From the NCBI RefSeq assembly GCF_009914755.1, contig NC_060935.1: a stretch of 64,000 bases of DNA; one strand, given 5' to 3'. Numbering within the stretch: position 1 is the stretch's first letter; each line of letters opens with the position of its first letter. This document shows, one piece after another, positions 24,692-38,301 of this stretch. A model generated the notes under the pieces. That model worked only from the letters and a program-made list of their open reading frames with translations. It was not told the DNA's origin and did no database searches. This DNA is from the human T2T-CHM13v2.0 reference genome, Homo sapiens. The translations under genes were made by a program, and so were the position numbers.

Positions 24692-25862
24692 CCCACCCTA
24701 AATGTGTTTTTCTTGCCCCCAAAGAAGAATAATATCTAATATTGCCATATTCAAAAGCCAAATCACACCTTGGCTCAAAAAACTGAGATTTTGGGGTCCT
24801 GGATTTTATTCCCAAGATCTTCCCACCAGGTAAGTTTCCATGTCATCTCTCATGTGTCTATACTATTACTTCTAGTAAACCAAACTTTATGATTGCAAAT
24901 CAGGAGAATAAAATAATAATGACAAAGTATTCTGATTTTAATTAATACATGTTGATATACATGCTTTAAAAATGTATTCTCCAGTGAGTTTTAATAATTG
25001 GCAACATCTGAATTTTATTGAGATCCCTACAACAGGCAAAGCTCTTAGAGAGTTTGAGGTCACATAATAATGAGCTAACATAACACATAGATAGCAAACT
25101 CCATCTTTCATACAACTCACGAAAAATGCAAATATAAAACTTAACACACCGCAGTCTTGCAGCCACCACTGGTGATTTTCACTTCAGACCTTTTGATGAC
25201 AAGTTCTCACCATTACAGAGAACACAACAGGAATAAATCATTTATGTCCAAATGTTTCACACCCTTCTCATCACAGACAGATTTATATCATTTTAGGTGC
25301 CAAATGATAAATTTACACAAACTCTTGTTATTGAAGGAAAAAAAAAACAAAGTAACTACTGAAGAATATTCAGTTATATAGTTTTCTGAATTATCTCTCA
25401 GGGATCACAAATCTTTTGAAGAAACTGACTCATATAACTGTCGATGGTGAGCATCCTAGGAAAAATAAGGAAAAATACATGATAAGTAACAATGTCTACT
25501 TTGATAATGATGTCCCAATCTGCATCATGGTTGAAGGTCTAATACCCTGAATATAAATATATTTGCTTTTATTTGCAAGAAGTAAAGTATTGTTCAAGAA
25601 ACGCTTCTTATTTCTTACTGCTTTGTGTAAGGCATTATTCAAGATGTTGCAGGGATATCAAGGAGGCCTTCTAAATGTTAAATATGAATAATTAGATTGA
25701 GGAGGTTACAAATAGGAGTTTATGTATTTAGAAATGATTTAATTGGGCTCAGCATATTGACAGATGTGATCATCAGGAATACATCAAAGATAATACCTTA
25801 GCAAGATGAGTTGACAGAGATCCTGAGAGTATTTCCACTTTTGTGGAACAGGGACTACCAAA

Positions 25863-26556
25863 CAAATAACCTTTTCCTGTTGGAGTCTTTAGGTTTCCCC
25901 AAATATAAGATTATATCATCTGCAAACAAGAATAATTTGACTTCTTCGATTTCAATTTGGATGCTTTATGTCTATCCCCTGTCTGATTACTCTAGCTAGA
26001 ACTTCCAGTAGTATGTTGAATAACAGTGGTGAAAGTGGGCAACCTTGTCACATTCCAGATCTTAGGGGAAAAGTTTTCAGTTCTTTCCCATTTAGTATGA
26101 TACTAGCTGTGGGTCTGTAGTACATGGCTTTTATTATGTTGAGGTATGTTCCTTATATGCCCAGGGTTTTTTTTCTTTTTTTCTTTTTTTTTTTTTTTTT
26201 TTTTTTTTTTGAGACAGAGTCTCCCTCTGTCACCCAGGCTGGAGTGCAGTAGTGCGATCTTGGCTCACTGCAAACTCCTCCTCCTGGGTTGACGCCATTC
26301 TCCTGCCGCAGCCTCCCGAGTAGCTGGGACTACTGGCACCCACCACCACGCTCGTATAATTTTTTGTATTTTTAGTAGAGACCGGGTTTCACCATGTTAG
26401 CCAGGATGGTCTCGATCTCCTGACCTCGTGATCCGCCCGCGTTGGCCTCCCAGAGGGCTGGGATTACAGGCGTGAGCCACCATGCCCTGCCATATGCCCA
26501 GTTTTTTGAAGGTTTTTATCATGAAGGGATGTTTAATTTTTTTCAAATGCTTTTTC
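25863..26556 (-). mobile_element. Orphan L1MA1-3-like ORF2 (RT region) fragment, interrupted by AluY
   Basis: ggagtctttaggtttccccaaatataagattatatcatctgcaaacaag (antisense of the FADDM region); KHPFMIKT remnant on - strand. Confidence 0.85.
26167..26491 (-). mobile_element. AluY
   Basis: Long poly-T, gacgccattctc, ttagccaggatggtctcgatctcctgacctcgtga; TSD atatgcccag. Confidence 0.95.
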
Positions 26557-27845
26557 CAAATACCTTTCTTAATAGTAATTTCTTTCATTGGTCAACAGTT
26601 ACCAAAAAAAATTTAACGTTACATATCTTTGGAAGTGAGTGGGAAATTACGGATATATAAACAAGACAAAACAAGTTGAACATTTTAAGAGCATACTTTC
26701 TCTTTAGTACACTAGAGTATCCGAGATTCTTCATCATTTCTCAAAAGCTTCATCTTGCAATTGTCTAAAATGAGTCTTCAATAAATGCAATTCAGTCGAT
26801 AGTAACTGGATACCAGGTTTGAACTGGCTCCAGGTTATTTACTATGAGGAAATACAAAGAAACGAAAGGAAAACAGCAAAGTATAGTAGTGATTGGCATA
26901 GGAGATTAGTCTCCTACTTAGATGATGCCTTTTAGGCCATTATTAATAATTAAGATGACACACTTTTATTATAGTTCAATTTTTAGAATGTAGGTATATG
27001 TCTATATTTTAATTTCTAGGAAACATTTGGTTGTTAGGAATATGCTTTAGAAATATTGATCCATTACATGTGCTAAGGAGGGGAAATTCATAACTTCTAA
27101 ATGTTACAAAAAGATTTATGACTGCATCAAATTTTTTTTATATAGTCCAGAGAATATTTTGAAGTTATCAAGCACACCTTTTGTTTTATGCCGCTGTTGT
27201 GCCAGAAAAGTTTGGTAAAACTTCTGTCTTTCCCTTGAACAGATAACGTGACCAATCTTACTAGCAGAACCATGGCCAATCCCTTCTCTATGCACTGTAC
27301 TTTGTCAATAACAATAATATCTATAAAGTCTGCTTGTGCTAGGAATACACTCCTTTCTCCTCATCTGGATGAAATGTAGGTATTTTAGTTTTACTTTCTC
27401 CATTCATATGAGTAGGGAAGGAATATTTTCTTTTAAATATAACTCTAGAACACTAGGTAATCACATTGTTATTTGAAATAATGAATTAAACTATCTACTA
27501 AACAGTAAACTGGATAGAAAATGAAAACAATTAGCTTATAATGCTGGGTTTTATGACTATTGGGTTAAAAAAAAACTACTGTAAGCATTTATTTGTAAAT
27601 GGGGTATATTGTACCTTATTTTCTAACTCACTGAAACATCTGCAACATCTTTATGGATCAAGAAAATTACAAAATAAGTACATTATTTGTGAGATGAGAC
27701 TATAGACATTTCGTAAATAGAATATGAAGTGTATGAATGCATGTATATATGAAACTATTTAAAGCATAACTGTATAATTACAACACTTCTTATCTGAAAG
27801 TAAAACACATCATTTGTTTATATTTACTAGCCACCTTCTTTGAGG

Positions 27846-28138
27846 TTTTTTGTTTCTTTGTTTGTGATAGAGTTTTGCTCTGTCGCCCAGACTGGAGTGC
27901 AGTAGCGTGCTCTCGGCTCACTGCAACCGCCAACTCCCACGTTCAAGCAATTCTCCTGCCTCAAAGTAGCTGGGATTACAGGCGCCCGCTACCACGTCCA
28001 GCTAATTTTTTCTATTTTTAGTAGAGATGGGGTTTCACCATGTTGACCAGGCTGGTCTCGAACTCCTGACCTCAGGTGATCCACCAACCTCGGCCTCCCA
28101 AGTGCTGGGATTACAGGCATGAGCCACTGTGCCTGGCC
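27846..28138 (-). mobile_element. AluS (Sx/Sz-like)
   Basis: Antisense dimer ending gcctggcc; cctgacctcaggtgatcc; short TSD tgag(g/c)ttt. Confidence 0.95.
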
Positions 28139-28751
28139 TGAGCTTTAATTCCTTTTTCAATTATAGCTCACTGGAGGTTTCTGGGTAAAATGTTATTTTT
28201 CTCACCTTATAAACAACTTGTCTTACTTTGCAAATTTATCTTAATAAGAGATTGAGTTTTAATATTATTCATCATTATTTTTGTGTCAACAAGCATCAAC
28301 AAACAATGTAGGCAAAAAACAACATGCAGATCCTTAACAGTCTGTAATATTTTGAAAATTTCAGGGTAATATTAAGAACACATGAGAAAAAAGCTGGAGA
28401 TTTCCCATTCATTATACTTGTCATAATGATACTGTCATTTTTATGTTATTGCTGTTGTTGTTTTGGCGCATATAACACACCACACTGCAAACTTATTCAA
28501 GGATGGAACTATTAATATTTCTTAAGGATTTATGTTAAAGGGTTGTACCTAGTACAGTATGTTTCACATAGAAGGTGATGTAAAATGGCTTATTGAGCTT
28601 ATTGATAAATGTTACTTATAATATTTTTGAGTTTTTGTTAGTTTTAAATAATAGCTTTCAACCTAATTAATATTAAAATAAATATCATAAAGACAGTTAT
28701 GAATACTATGCATTATGTATGTATTTAAATTGTATGAATCAGCCTAAATTC

Positions 28752-29058
28752 TTTTTTTTTTTTTTTTTTTTTTTTGAGATGGAGTCTTGCTCTGTCACCC
28801 AGGCTGGAGTGTGCAGTGGCCCAATCTCAGCTCACTGCAACCTCCGCCTCCTGGGTTCACACCATTCTCCTGCCTCAACCTCCTGAGTAGCTGGGACTAC
28901 AGACACCTGCCATCACGCCTGGCTAATTTTTTGTATTTTTAGTAGAGACGGGGTTTCACCATGTTAGCCAGGATGGTCTCGATCTCCTGACCTCGTGATC
29001 CGCCTGCCTCAGCCTCCCAAAGTGCTGAGATTACAGGCGTGAGTCACCACGCCAGGAC
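28752..29058 (-). mobile_element. AluY/AluSc-like
   Basis: Poly-T, ttcacaccattctc, ttagccaggatggtctcgatctcc; TSD tcagc(t)ctaaattct. Confidence 0.95.
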
Positions 29059-29384
29059 ATGTCAGCTCTAAATTCTAATATTCCAGACAAACAAGAATCA
29101 TTAAGAACTCTGTTTCCATTATTTGCATAGGTACTCTTATTTTCATTAAGATTCCATGCACTGATTAACTCTGCTAGTGGCTAACAGCAAAATAAAATGT
29201 TTGGATTTCTAAGTTTATTTGAATTTCATTTGGCACAAACCCAGCCATGCAGCATACATCTTTTTTTTTTTCATTTTATCTTTTGGTCTGGAACATACAA
29301 CTGAAGCACAGGGTGTTCATATAAATGTATAATCAGAATCAAGTTTAAACTATTAATTATCCTTTCCTGAAACAAACAACTGGA

Positions 29385-29522
29385 ATTCAGTATTCATCTG
29401 GACTCAACTCAATTCAGTGTACAAACACTGAGAATCAACAATGGGCAAATCACTGTTGCAAAAGTGGTGGGAGATAAAACATTGAGCAAGAATTTCCAAT
29501 CTCCAGGAGTTTACCTTCTAAT
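29385..29522 (-). mobile_element. L2 3' end fragment
   Basis: caaacactgagaatcaacaatgggcaaatcactgt...ctccaggagtttaccttcta. Confidence 0.5.
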
Positions 29523-29540
29523 AAAATAAACATTTATACC

Positions 29541-29541
<1 letters not shown>

Positions 29542-29582
<41 letters not shown>
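29542..29582. repeat. (AC)20 microsatellite
   Basis: Directly visible, uninterrupted. Confidence 0.98.
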
Positions 29583-29583
<1 letters not shown>

Positions 29584-29747
29584 TGTTCAGTCCTAAGTCA
29601 AACTTAAGGTTGAACTATTTTTCTAAAAATTGGAAGGGTGTTGTTTTATCAGATCATAGTTGACATCCAGTTGGTGGGGAATTTTTAGATACTTCACAAA
29701 TGTACTGTTTAAATGTGTTATTTGTTGTAATCACTAAATCCCAGTTA

Positions 29748-29923
29748 CTCTTTCTTCACTTTTGTGCTCTCTTGCTCTTGCTCTCACTCTTGCTCTCTCT
29801 CTTTTTCAAACTCACTGTCATTCACACTATGGGAAGATGAAGAAGGCATTCATTGAGTATGAATATTAATACAGAGAGGCAGTGCCACCAGTTAAGATGC
29901 CTCAAGGGAAAGTGATTGAAGAG
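29748..29923 (+). other. Candidate (first) exon ending in a strong donor; possible 9-codon start MPQGKVIEE
   Basis: CT-rich tract 29748-29807, aagATGc at 29897, phase-0 donor GAG|GTGAGT at 29923/29924, non-repetitive flanks. Confidence 0.3.
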
Positions 29924-30872
29924 GTGAGTAAAACAATAGAAATGTACATAATATGGAAGTGTTTTGTCTAACTCTTCATTTTCTTCTACTTTCTTTGCTT
30001 CTGAGTTGTATTTTACTGAGTGTGCTCTTTTTTGTTTTCCATTGTGCTAACCTGGAGAAGTTTTTTGTGCTAATTAAGCAACAGCTATTGAAATGTGTGC
30101 AACTTTCATTAAAGTTTTTAGAATACACTAATTTTAGAAAATGTGTAGATTTTACAGCTTTAAAAATAATTTGCTAAATGAATTGACATGCGTGTCGTTT
30201 CACAACATTTATATGCATGGAAAAATTGCTTGTAAATTTGATGATTTTTCTTTGGCTTCATTTTGTAATAGGTGTCTTGAAAGCAGTTTTTCTATTATTT
30301 CTCTATAACATCACAATACATTTCTTTGCTTCACTTCCCACCATCCCTATCCTAAGAAGTAACTGAGAATTTTTAGCACTATAGAAACTATAGAGATCAC
30401 CCAGTTCCAAAATTTGCAGTCTTTTGCCATTAAGAACACCTTTCATTATTTTCATCTATGAAAGTCACTTCTAAGAGAATACTGCCTACCAAACAGTGCA
30501 TTAATAATTTTTTCAGATTTTTGTCAAAAAATTCTGAAACAAATAATTAAGTGCAGTATATATAAACTGAGCTAATATTACATCAGGCAAGAATAAATGA
30601 AATATTTTTATGTTAGACTATGTAGTATAAAAATGTTTAAATATAATTACTAATAAGTTTTTTTAAAGCATTGCTAGTATTTTGAAATCCTTCATTAATT
30701 GTTACAAAGAGAACCCTGATGTATAGAAAACCTCAGCTGCAGAACTTCTGATCCATCTGTCCAACTCATCTGTCCAAAAATTAGAAGTTCCCAGATTAAA
30801 ATATAATCTGGGAACTCAAGTAAGTGACATAACTCTGGAAAATGATCTTACAAGGCATGATATTGTTATATT

Positions 30873-31770
30873 TAAATTTTTTTAAGTATAACACATTCAG
30901 ACATTAAACAAACATAAATGTATGTTGGTGCATTGAGACAGAAGGAATGCCTTTGTAACCACCAACTATTATCAATAAACAGAATATTTCTAGTACTTCA
31001 TTTATGCCCCTTCCAATCACTCCCTCACCCAGGATCAGAAGGCATGTGTACTCTCAACTTTAGTGGATAATGTAAAACTATTTTCCAAAATCATTATACC
31101 CATTTAAACTCTGACAAATGGAATATGATATTTATCTTCACATCAAATATTTACTCATACATGGTATTATGGGTGTATTTAATTACAACACAGAATAAGA
31201 ACTTATTATGAGTTAATTTATATTTCCAATATTACAAATACAGTTTGTAACTTTTCGTATGTTCAGTGGACCCATTTTTAAGTGCTTCTCCCAGATATAC
31301 ATGCCACAAAAAAGGTGTTTATGCACCAAGAGGTATGCATTGGAATGTTAATGGAAAGATTCATAGCCAAATGTGAGAAATTACCAACAAGTCCATCAAC
31401 ATTAGAATAATTATGGTGAGTCCATGCAACAGAACACTATAGATAAATAAAATGAATAAAGATAATGTAGCAAAAGAATACAGTCTTTTGCCCATTTTTG
31501 TATTGGGTTGTTTGTTTCTTTACTGATTTGTAGGCATTCTGTACGTATTCTGAATGAAAGCCTTTTGTCAGTTTACATGTTGCAAGTATCTTCTCCCATT
31601 GTATGGCTTTCTTTTTCACTCATTAATGATATCTCTTGATGGACATAAACTTGTCATTTTAATGTAGTCCACCTAATCAATCTATTCTTCGTGGTTATGA
31701 CATTTTGATTGTGGCTTAAAATCTCCCCCATCCCCAGATCTCTTTTATTGTCTTATCAAAGCCTTATTAT
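30873..31770 (-). mobile_element. L1ME-like 3' fragment containing an oppositely oriented L1 segment (~31293-31480)
   Basis: Antisense 3' end tttttaagtataac...tgtaaccacca; ORF2 remnant KKKAIQWEKILATC on - strand (31437-31619). Confidence 0.7.
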
Positions 31771-32633
31771 TTTGCCCCAGTGTGCCAGACCATTTTCCCT
31801 AGTTTCCCAGAGCAAAGTTACGGACAGCCCCCATCTTCAAGATCCAGCCCACCACACTGCTATGCTGATGCTGACAAATCAAGAGGTGCATTAAGATCCT
31901 CTGCCTCATGATTCAGATCATCTGGGAATTGTCACCTGCCAAGCCCAGAAACAAATGCATCTGCTATGAATCCTTCTCTCACATTGCACCCTATTCGTTT
32001 GTAGTAGCATTGAACTGATGCTGTTTTTTCTTATTCCTTGGGCACATATTATTTCTTCTCTTTAGAATCCTTTGCTCTAAATTATCAAATTAGAAATCCT
32101 ACCAATTCTTAGTGTTAGTCTCCTCCATGTTCCCAACAAAATAATCAGATTCTATCCTAAATAAGCAGATCCCTACCCAGCAGGCCCTCAAACATTTTAT
32201 CACAAATACAGTATTTTATAGTCACATGGTATTTTAAACTCATGTCCCCCTTTGTCTCAAACCTCTCAATGATTTCCCATTACCCTTAAGGTAAAATCTA
32301 AAAGAAATCTGCACAATTTGCAACGCTCTGCATGATCTGATCCAGGACTATTTTACCAGCATAACTTTTTGTTGCTCTTCCCCTTGTTATCCGTACTCTA
32401 GCTGTCATGGACTTCTTTCTGTTCCCTGAAAAAGTCAAATGCTGTCTCACTTCCTGGTCCTTGCACATGGGCTTTCTTCTGTCTGGAATGTTCTCCCAAT
32501 CTAATATGGTCCCACTGGTTTAATTATAAATCTTGAAGTCAATTCTTGCTGGAGTCTTTCCATATTCTCATGACCACATAAGTCCTGCTCCTCTCAAGAC
32601 TATGACAGATCTACCTATAATACTTTCTCATAA

Positions 32634-33020
<387 letters not shown>

Positions 33021-33125
33021 TGAGTCTTAAGCTGTGCTACTAATATCATTATTAAAAAGGTAATTCCAAGATTATAAGGAAATAAATACTAAAAATGATC
33101 TGTAATCTGTACAAAAAAAGTCTCC

Positions 33126-33535
33126 TTTTTAGTTTTTAAGTTCGGGGTATATTTGCATATTTGTTATATAGGTAAACTCGTGTCCTGGTGGTTTGTTGTA
33201 CAGATTTCATCACCCTGGTATTAAGTCTAGTACCAATTAGTTAATTTTCCTGATCATCTCCCTCCTTTCCATCCTCCACCCTCCAGTAGGCTTCTGTGTC
33301 TGTTGTTCCTTTCTATTTGTTTGTCCATGTGTTCTCATTATTTAGCTCCCACTTATAAGTGAAACTATGTGGTATTTTGTCTTCTGTTCCTGTGTTAGTT
33401 TGCTAAGGATGATAACCTCTAATTCCATCCATGTTACAGCGAAGGACATGATCTCGTTCTTTTTCATGGCTGCATAGTATTCCATGGTGTATATGTACCA
33501 CCTTTTTTACAAATTCAGTCTACCATTAGTGGGTA
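33126..33535 (-). mobile_element. Short 5'-truncated L1PA (L1PA11-13-like) 3' end
   Basis: tttttaagttcggggtata...ttgttatataggtaaactcgtgtc...ggtttgttgtacaga...tttagctcccacttataagtga. Confidence 0.88.
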
Positions 33536-34169
33536 GTCTTTGTTGCTAGTTACATCAAGCTCTGGAGGATAAGGACTATCTTGTGTTTCCATTTTATTCC
33601 CTTGATACTTAGCATAGTAGGTATTCAGTAAGAATTTGCTAATGTATTAATTGATTTTTTCAAATAGAAATATTAAAATAGGTAACAGTCTGGAAAAATC
33701 ACAAAATGAAATAAACATCCTCCATTCCATTCCATACTACTCATTAAAAGAAAGCTTGGAAAGAACAAAGGATGGAAGGATGGAAGGAAGAAAGAAAGGG
33801 AGAGAAGGGAAAAAAAGACAAAAGAAGGGAGACTGCAACCATGGACTACCAGCCTTTTTAAGTCACGTGTTGCACACATCACAAGAGGCAGAGCAAAAAC
33901 AGAAAACAGCATTTTAAATTAGTCTGCTCTCTACCTTCTAATTTTCAACCATTAAAATAGATAGCCTGGCCTTAATATACTCAAGTCTCCCTTTACACTC
34001 AAGAAATCAATGTAGCATTTCAGTGAGCCATTAGAGAACTCTTGGGTTTCACACAGTCTAGGAAATAAAGTCTCCAGGCCAGAACTTACATAGGTAAGGA
34101 TGTGGCTCATTTTTCAGAATCCAGAACAAACTTCATCATCAAATAACTATCTTTCCCTTCAGCTTTATC

Positions 34170-34390
34170 TTAATATGAATCATAACAAACAGTCTTCTTA
34201 TTGTGATATGACACTTACAAAGCCATTTCTTGAACAGAGTCTTAGAGCACTACAATAACCAGAGAGGAGGTAAGGTGTTACTATCTCCATCTTATAAAGC
34301 TAGAGCCTCGAGTTATTTAAATAGCCAAGAACATATAGATAAGTGAAAGAAAATTTGACTGACTTCAAATCCAGTGATCTCTGCACAAAG
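34170..34390 (-). mobile_element. MIR fragment
   Basis: cactacaataaccagagaggaggtaagg...tgacttcaaatccagtgatctct. Confidence 0.5.
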
Positions 34391-34564
34391 CCATGATCAT
34401 AATTTTGTTTCTGCTATACTATTTGTCCACTGATTTTCTGTAATGTTATTTAATTATTTCTAAAAAAGAAATTATCATCTTAAAATCAATAGATACTACC
34501 AAAATCTTAGGAAATGAACTAAAAAATTATTTTCCAAACAGTGAGCAGAAACCAAAGATTGGTA

Positions 34565-34790
34565 ACAATATAGCTAATGCTTACTGAGTGTCTAGCCATT
34601 GTTCTGAATAACTGAAATGTACTATCTCCTTGAATCCTCTTAACCCTATGTTAGCTATTATTGCAAGTTCCACACTGCACATCAGGAAACTCAGGCATGA
34701 AAATTCAATAACTTCACCAAAGTCACACAGTGAGTAAATAATAGAGCCAGGATACAGGCCCAGACCAAAATATTTACCCTTTCTCTTGGA
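34565..34790 (-). mobile_element. MIR
   Basis: atagctaatgcttactgagtg...aggaaactcaggca...aacttcaccaaagtcacacag...agagccaggatacaggcccag. Confidence 0.8.
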
Positions 34791-37700
34791 AGGGTACCAC
34801 ATCCCACAAAGAACCTTCATGTGGCTTCAAACATATAGCAAGCTCAGAGTTCACAGCCATATGAAGAGTTACTTTTCAAGAACCTTGTTGTGACATTTCC
34901 AAAGGCTATAAGACTATGCCCAACAGAGTTTCAGTATGAGGTCAGTCCTTTGGTACTTCAATTTTATCAGATTTATTATCCATGGGCATTTTTTCTCCCA
35001 AGCACATAATTTCTCCTAATGAGAAAGAGACAAGAAAAACAAATTGTGAGTCCCATACCAGAAAAACAATTGTTTTGGAATAAGTGAGTTTAAAGAGGTA
35101 TCTTTGAAGCACTTTAGCCTTTAAAAAAAGCACATGAGGGGCAATAATACCTATTTCTTAGGTTTATGAAGATTCGCATTTAACCCTCAAAGCAAAACAG
35201 CTACTAATCCACATATACAACCAGTAGCAGACAACAGCATAAAAGAATGGAACAAGCATTGGACATTGAATAAAATGGCACAGTTATAGTCACATTAGTT
35301 TCCTGCCATGATGCCATGAAAAATGGAGATAATGCCTACTTTGCCTTATTCAGGTGTTGTAAGAACTAAGTCAATTAAAGGACTATATAAACACTATATA
35401 ATGTTAGCAGTATCTGTAGCAATATTTGAAGGGTCAAAATTTATAGCAAATGAAAAGCAAGATTCAAGTTCATCTGAAATGATTATGGATCAAAGTGAAA
35501 TCTTAACACATTCAGATTGTTAATGTAAACTAAGCCAACTGACTGACAGCTGAACTTAGTGATCACAGGTAATTGTCGCACACAGCTGTGCTCAGTGGCA
35601 GGACCAGATGCACCTGGCAGCTCAATCGCTCTCCAGTAGTTTTTTTTTTTTTTTCAATTTTTCTAGCACATACATCATTAGTAGTTTTGTCTAAATAGGG
35701 CCAGAGATAGAGAGCAGAACTGCCAACAGAAGGCACACATCAACACTTTAGAAGTAAAAATTAAATGAGGGGCAGAGGGTCAAGATGCTAGAAATCAGAA
35801 TGTTTCATTTCAAATTCTTCTTATATTACAGTCTCCATCCATGTCTATAAGAGCTCACCCTTTCCACCAAGTCTAGCTCTCTGATATCCACTTTTCCTCT
35901 ATTAGCTTAATTGGAGGCCTCTCAAGAAAAACAAGATGCACTGACAACACTTAAGCTTCTTGCAACCCCTAGCAGAGGCAGGGGTAAAGATGATGACAGT
36001 AGTGGCAGAAGTTGCAAAGAAACACAATAATATTAGAGAGAGAAAGGGCAAGTATCATGCTCATGCTTTAATTTCCTTAGTGTCTGCTGACCGCCAATGT
36101 ATTTTCTTGCCTTGGGGAACATCTGTTAGGCTGAAAGCTTGAAATTATTCCCACCATTCCATGGATGGGATTGCAGCCAAATGTTTCCATGACATTGACA
36201 GGAAATCCAGAATTCCAAAGCTCACCAAAGACCATTCATACCTTCTTTTGGGAAGCCATGCTAATGGATTCCTAGGCAAAAATCATGTTAACTCTACTCC
36301 AAGAGGGTGACTAACTCTCCTCCTGGCCAATAAAATCCCATTATAAAGAGGAAAAATATTTTTCTTAACAATTGTCATTCTTGTAACATTTGTAAAACTT
36401 GTCATGTTTGAGAATTCATTGTTCTTGCCTGCTTTCATGTGTCTTTCTAACCTCAAAGAGGGCTAGGGCTTAGTTATTTGGAAAGACAATGTCACTCTGG
36501 GTACCCCATGTGCCTACAGGCTGAAATGGCTCATCCTCTGCGGAGTGGAGAAATTCCTTTATCAAGTCACAGGATAGTACACATTCTATTCAACACCAAA
36601 TTTTGATTCCTATTACCTTTCTACTTCTATTTATAGCTAGATAAGTGTGAACATTCACCACTGGAAAAAACTACCTAGAGTAGAATACTGAAATGCAAGA
36701 ACAATATACCAAAGAAATGCATGCACCATCAAAGGAAAACCTAGAAGAGATCAGAACCAGAAGCTGGGTGCAAAGAAAATTATCAGTCTAGAGTTAAACC
36801 ACCATTTCTTATTTTAGTCATTCTGACACACATGTAGTAATATCTCATTGTGGTTATAATTTGTTATTTTTGGCTAATGATGTTGAACTCATCATCATGT
36901 GCTTATCTACCATTGTATATTCTCTTTGGTGAAATGTCACTTCATGACTTTTGCGTATTTTCTAAAACTTCATGACTTTAGCCTATTTTCTAAAACTTAT
37001 TATTGTTGAGTTGTTAAAGTACTTATATCCTAGAGAGTAATTCTTTAAAATAATTTTTAAAGTACTTATATCCTAGAGAGTAATTCTTTGTTGAATAAGT
37101 GACTTGAAAATATTTTCTCCCACTCTGTAGCTTGTCTACTTCTACTTGTCAATTTTTTTTTCTTTTATCAATTATGCTTTTGATGCCAAGGCTAAAAACT
37201 GTTTGCATAGACCTAAATTGACCAAATTTACTTTTTTTTTCCTGAAGACACAGTTTTATATTTTACATTTAAGTCGGTGTTTTATTTAATTTTGATCAGG
37301 TATAATGTTTAGGTGAAGTTTACTTTTACCCTCTGGATGTCCAATTGTTCCAGCATCATTTGTTAGAAAGAATGTCTTTCCTCTATTAAATTGATTTTTC
37401 ATCTTTGTCAAAAATTCACTGGGCATATATGTGTGGGATCTCTATTCTGCTCTATAAATATATGTGGGTGTACCCCCCCACCAGACCATGCTGTCTAAGT
37501 TACTGTAGGAAATTTAATAAATATTCAGGTTAAGAAGACTGATTTCTTTATTCTTTCTCAAACTTGCGTTAATTTTAGTTTTTTGACTTTCCATTTAAAC
37601 TTTAGAATAGTATTGTGTACAAAACATCTTGCAGAGATTTTGATAAGAATTGAGGTAAAATTGCATATCAATTTGGGAAGAATTGATGTTTCACATCTTT

Positions 37701-37877
37701 CTTATCTTTAGCCTTCAAGTCCATGATCTTGGAATGTGTAATTTATATCTTTTGTTAATTCTTCCATCAACTTTATGTAACTTTCAACAACAAATTCTGT
37801 ATTTTTTTAGATTTATCCATAATTCTTTCTTGTTTTTGGCAACTTTAAATTGTATTACATTTTTTAAATTGGTAAAC

Positions 37878-38301
<424 letters not shown>

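Noticed and set aside
25125-25136. Isolated octamer ATGCAAAT (also ~5021 and ~9287)
   Set aside because: Single 8-mers are expected by chance in AT-rich DNA and have no supporting context.
36939-37089. Repeat-spacer-repeat pattern as a CRISPR-like array
   Set aside because: Only two copies, a 10-nt spacer, inside a primate L1 and with no cas genes.
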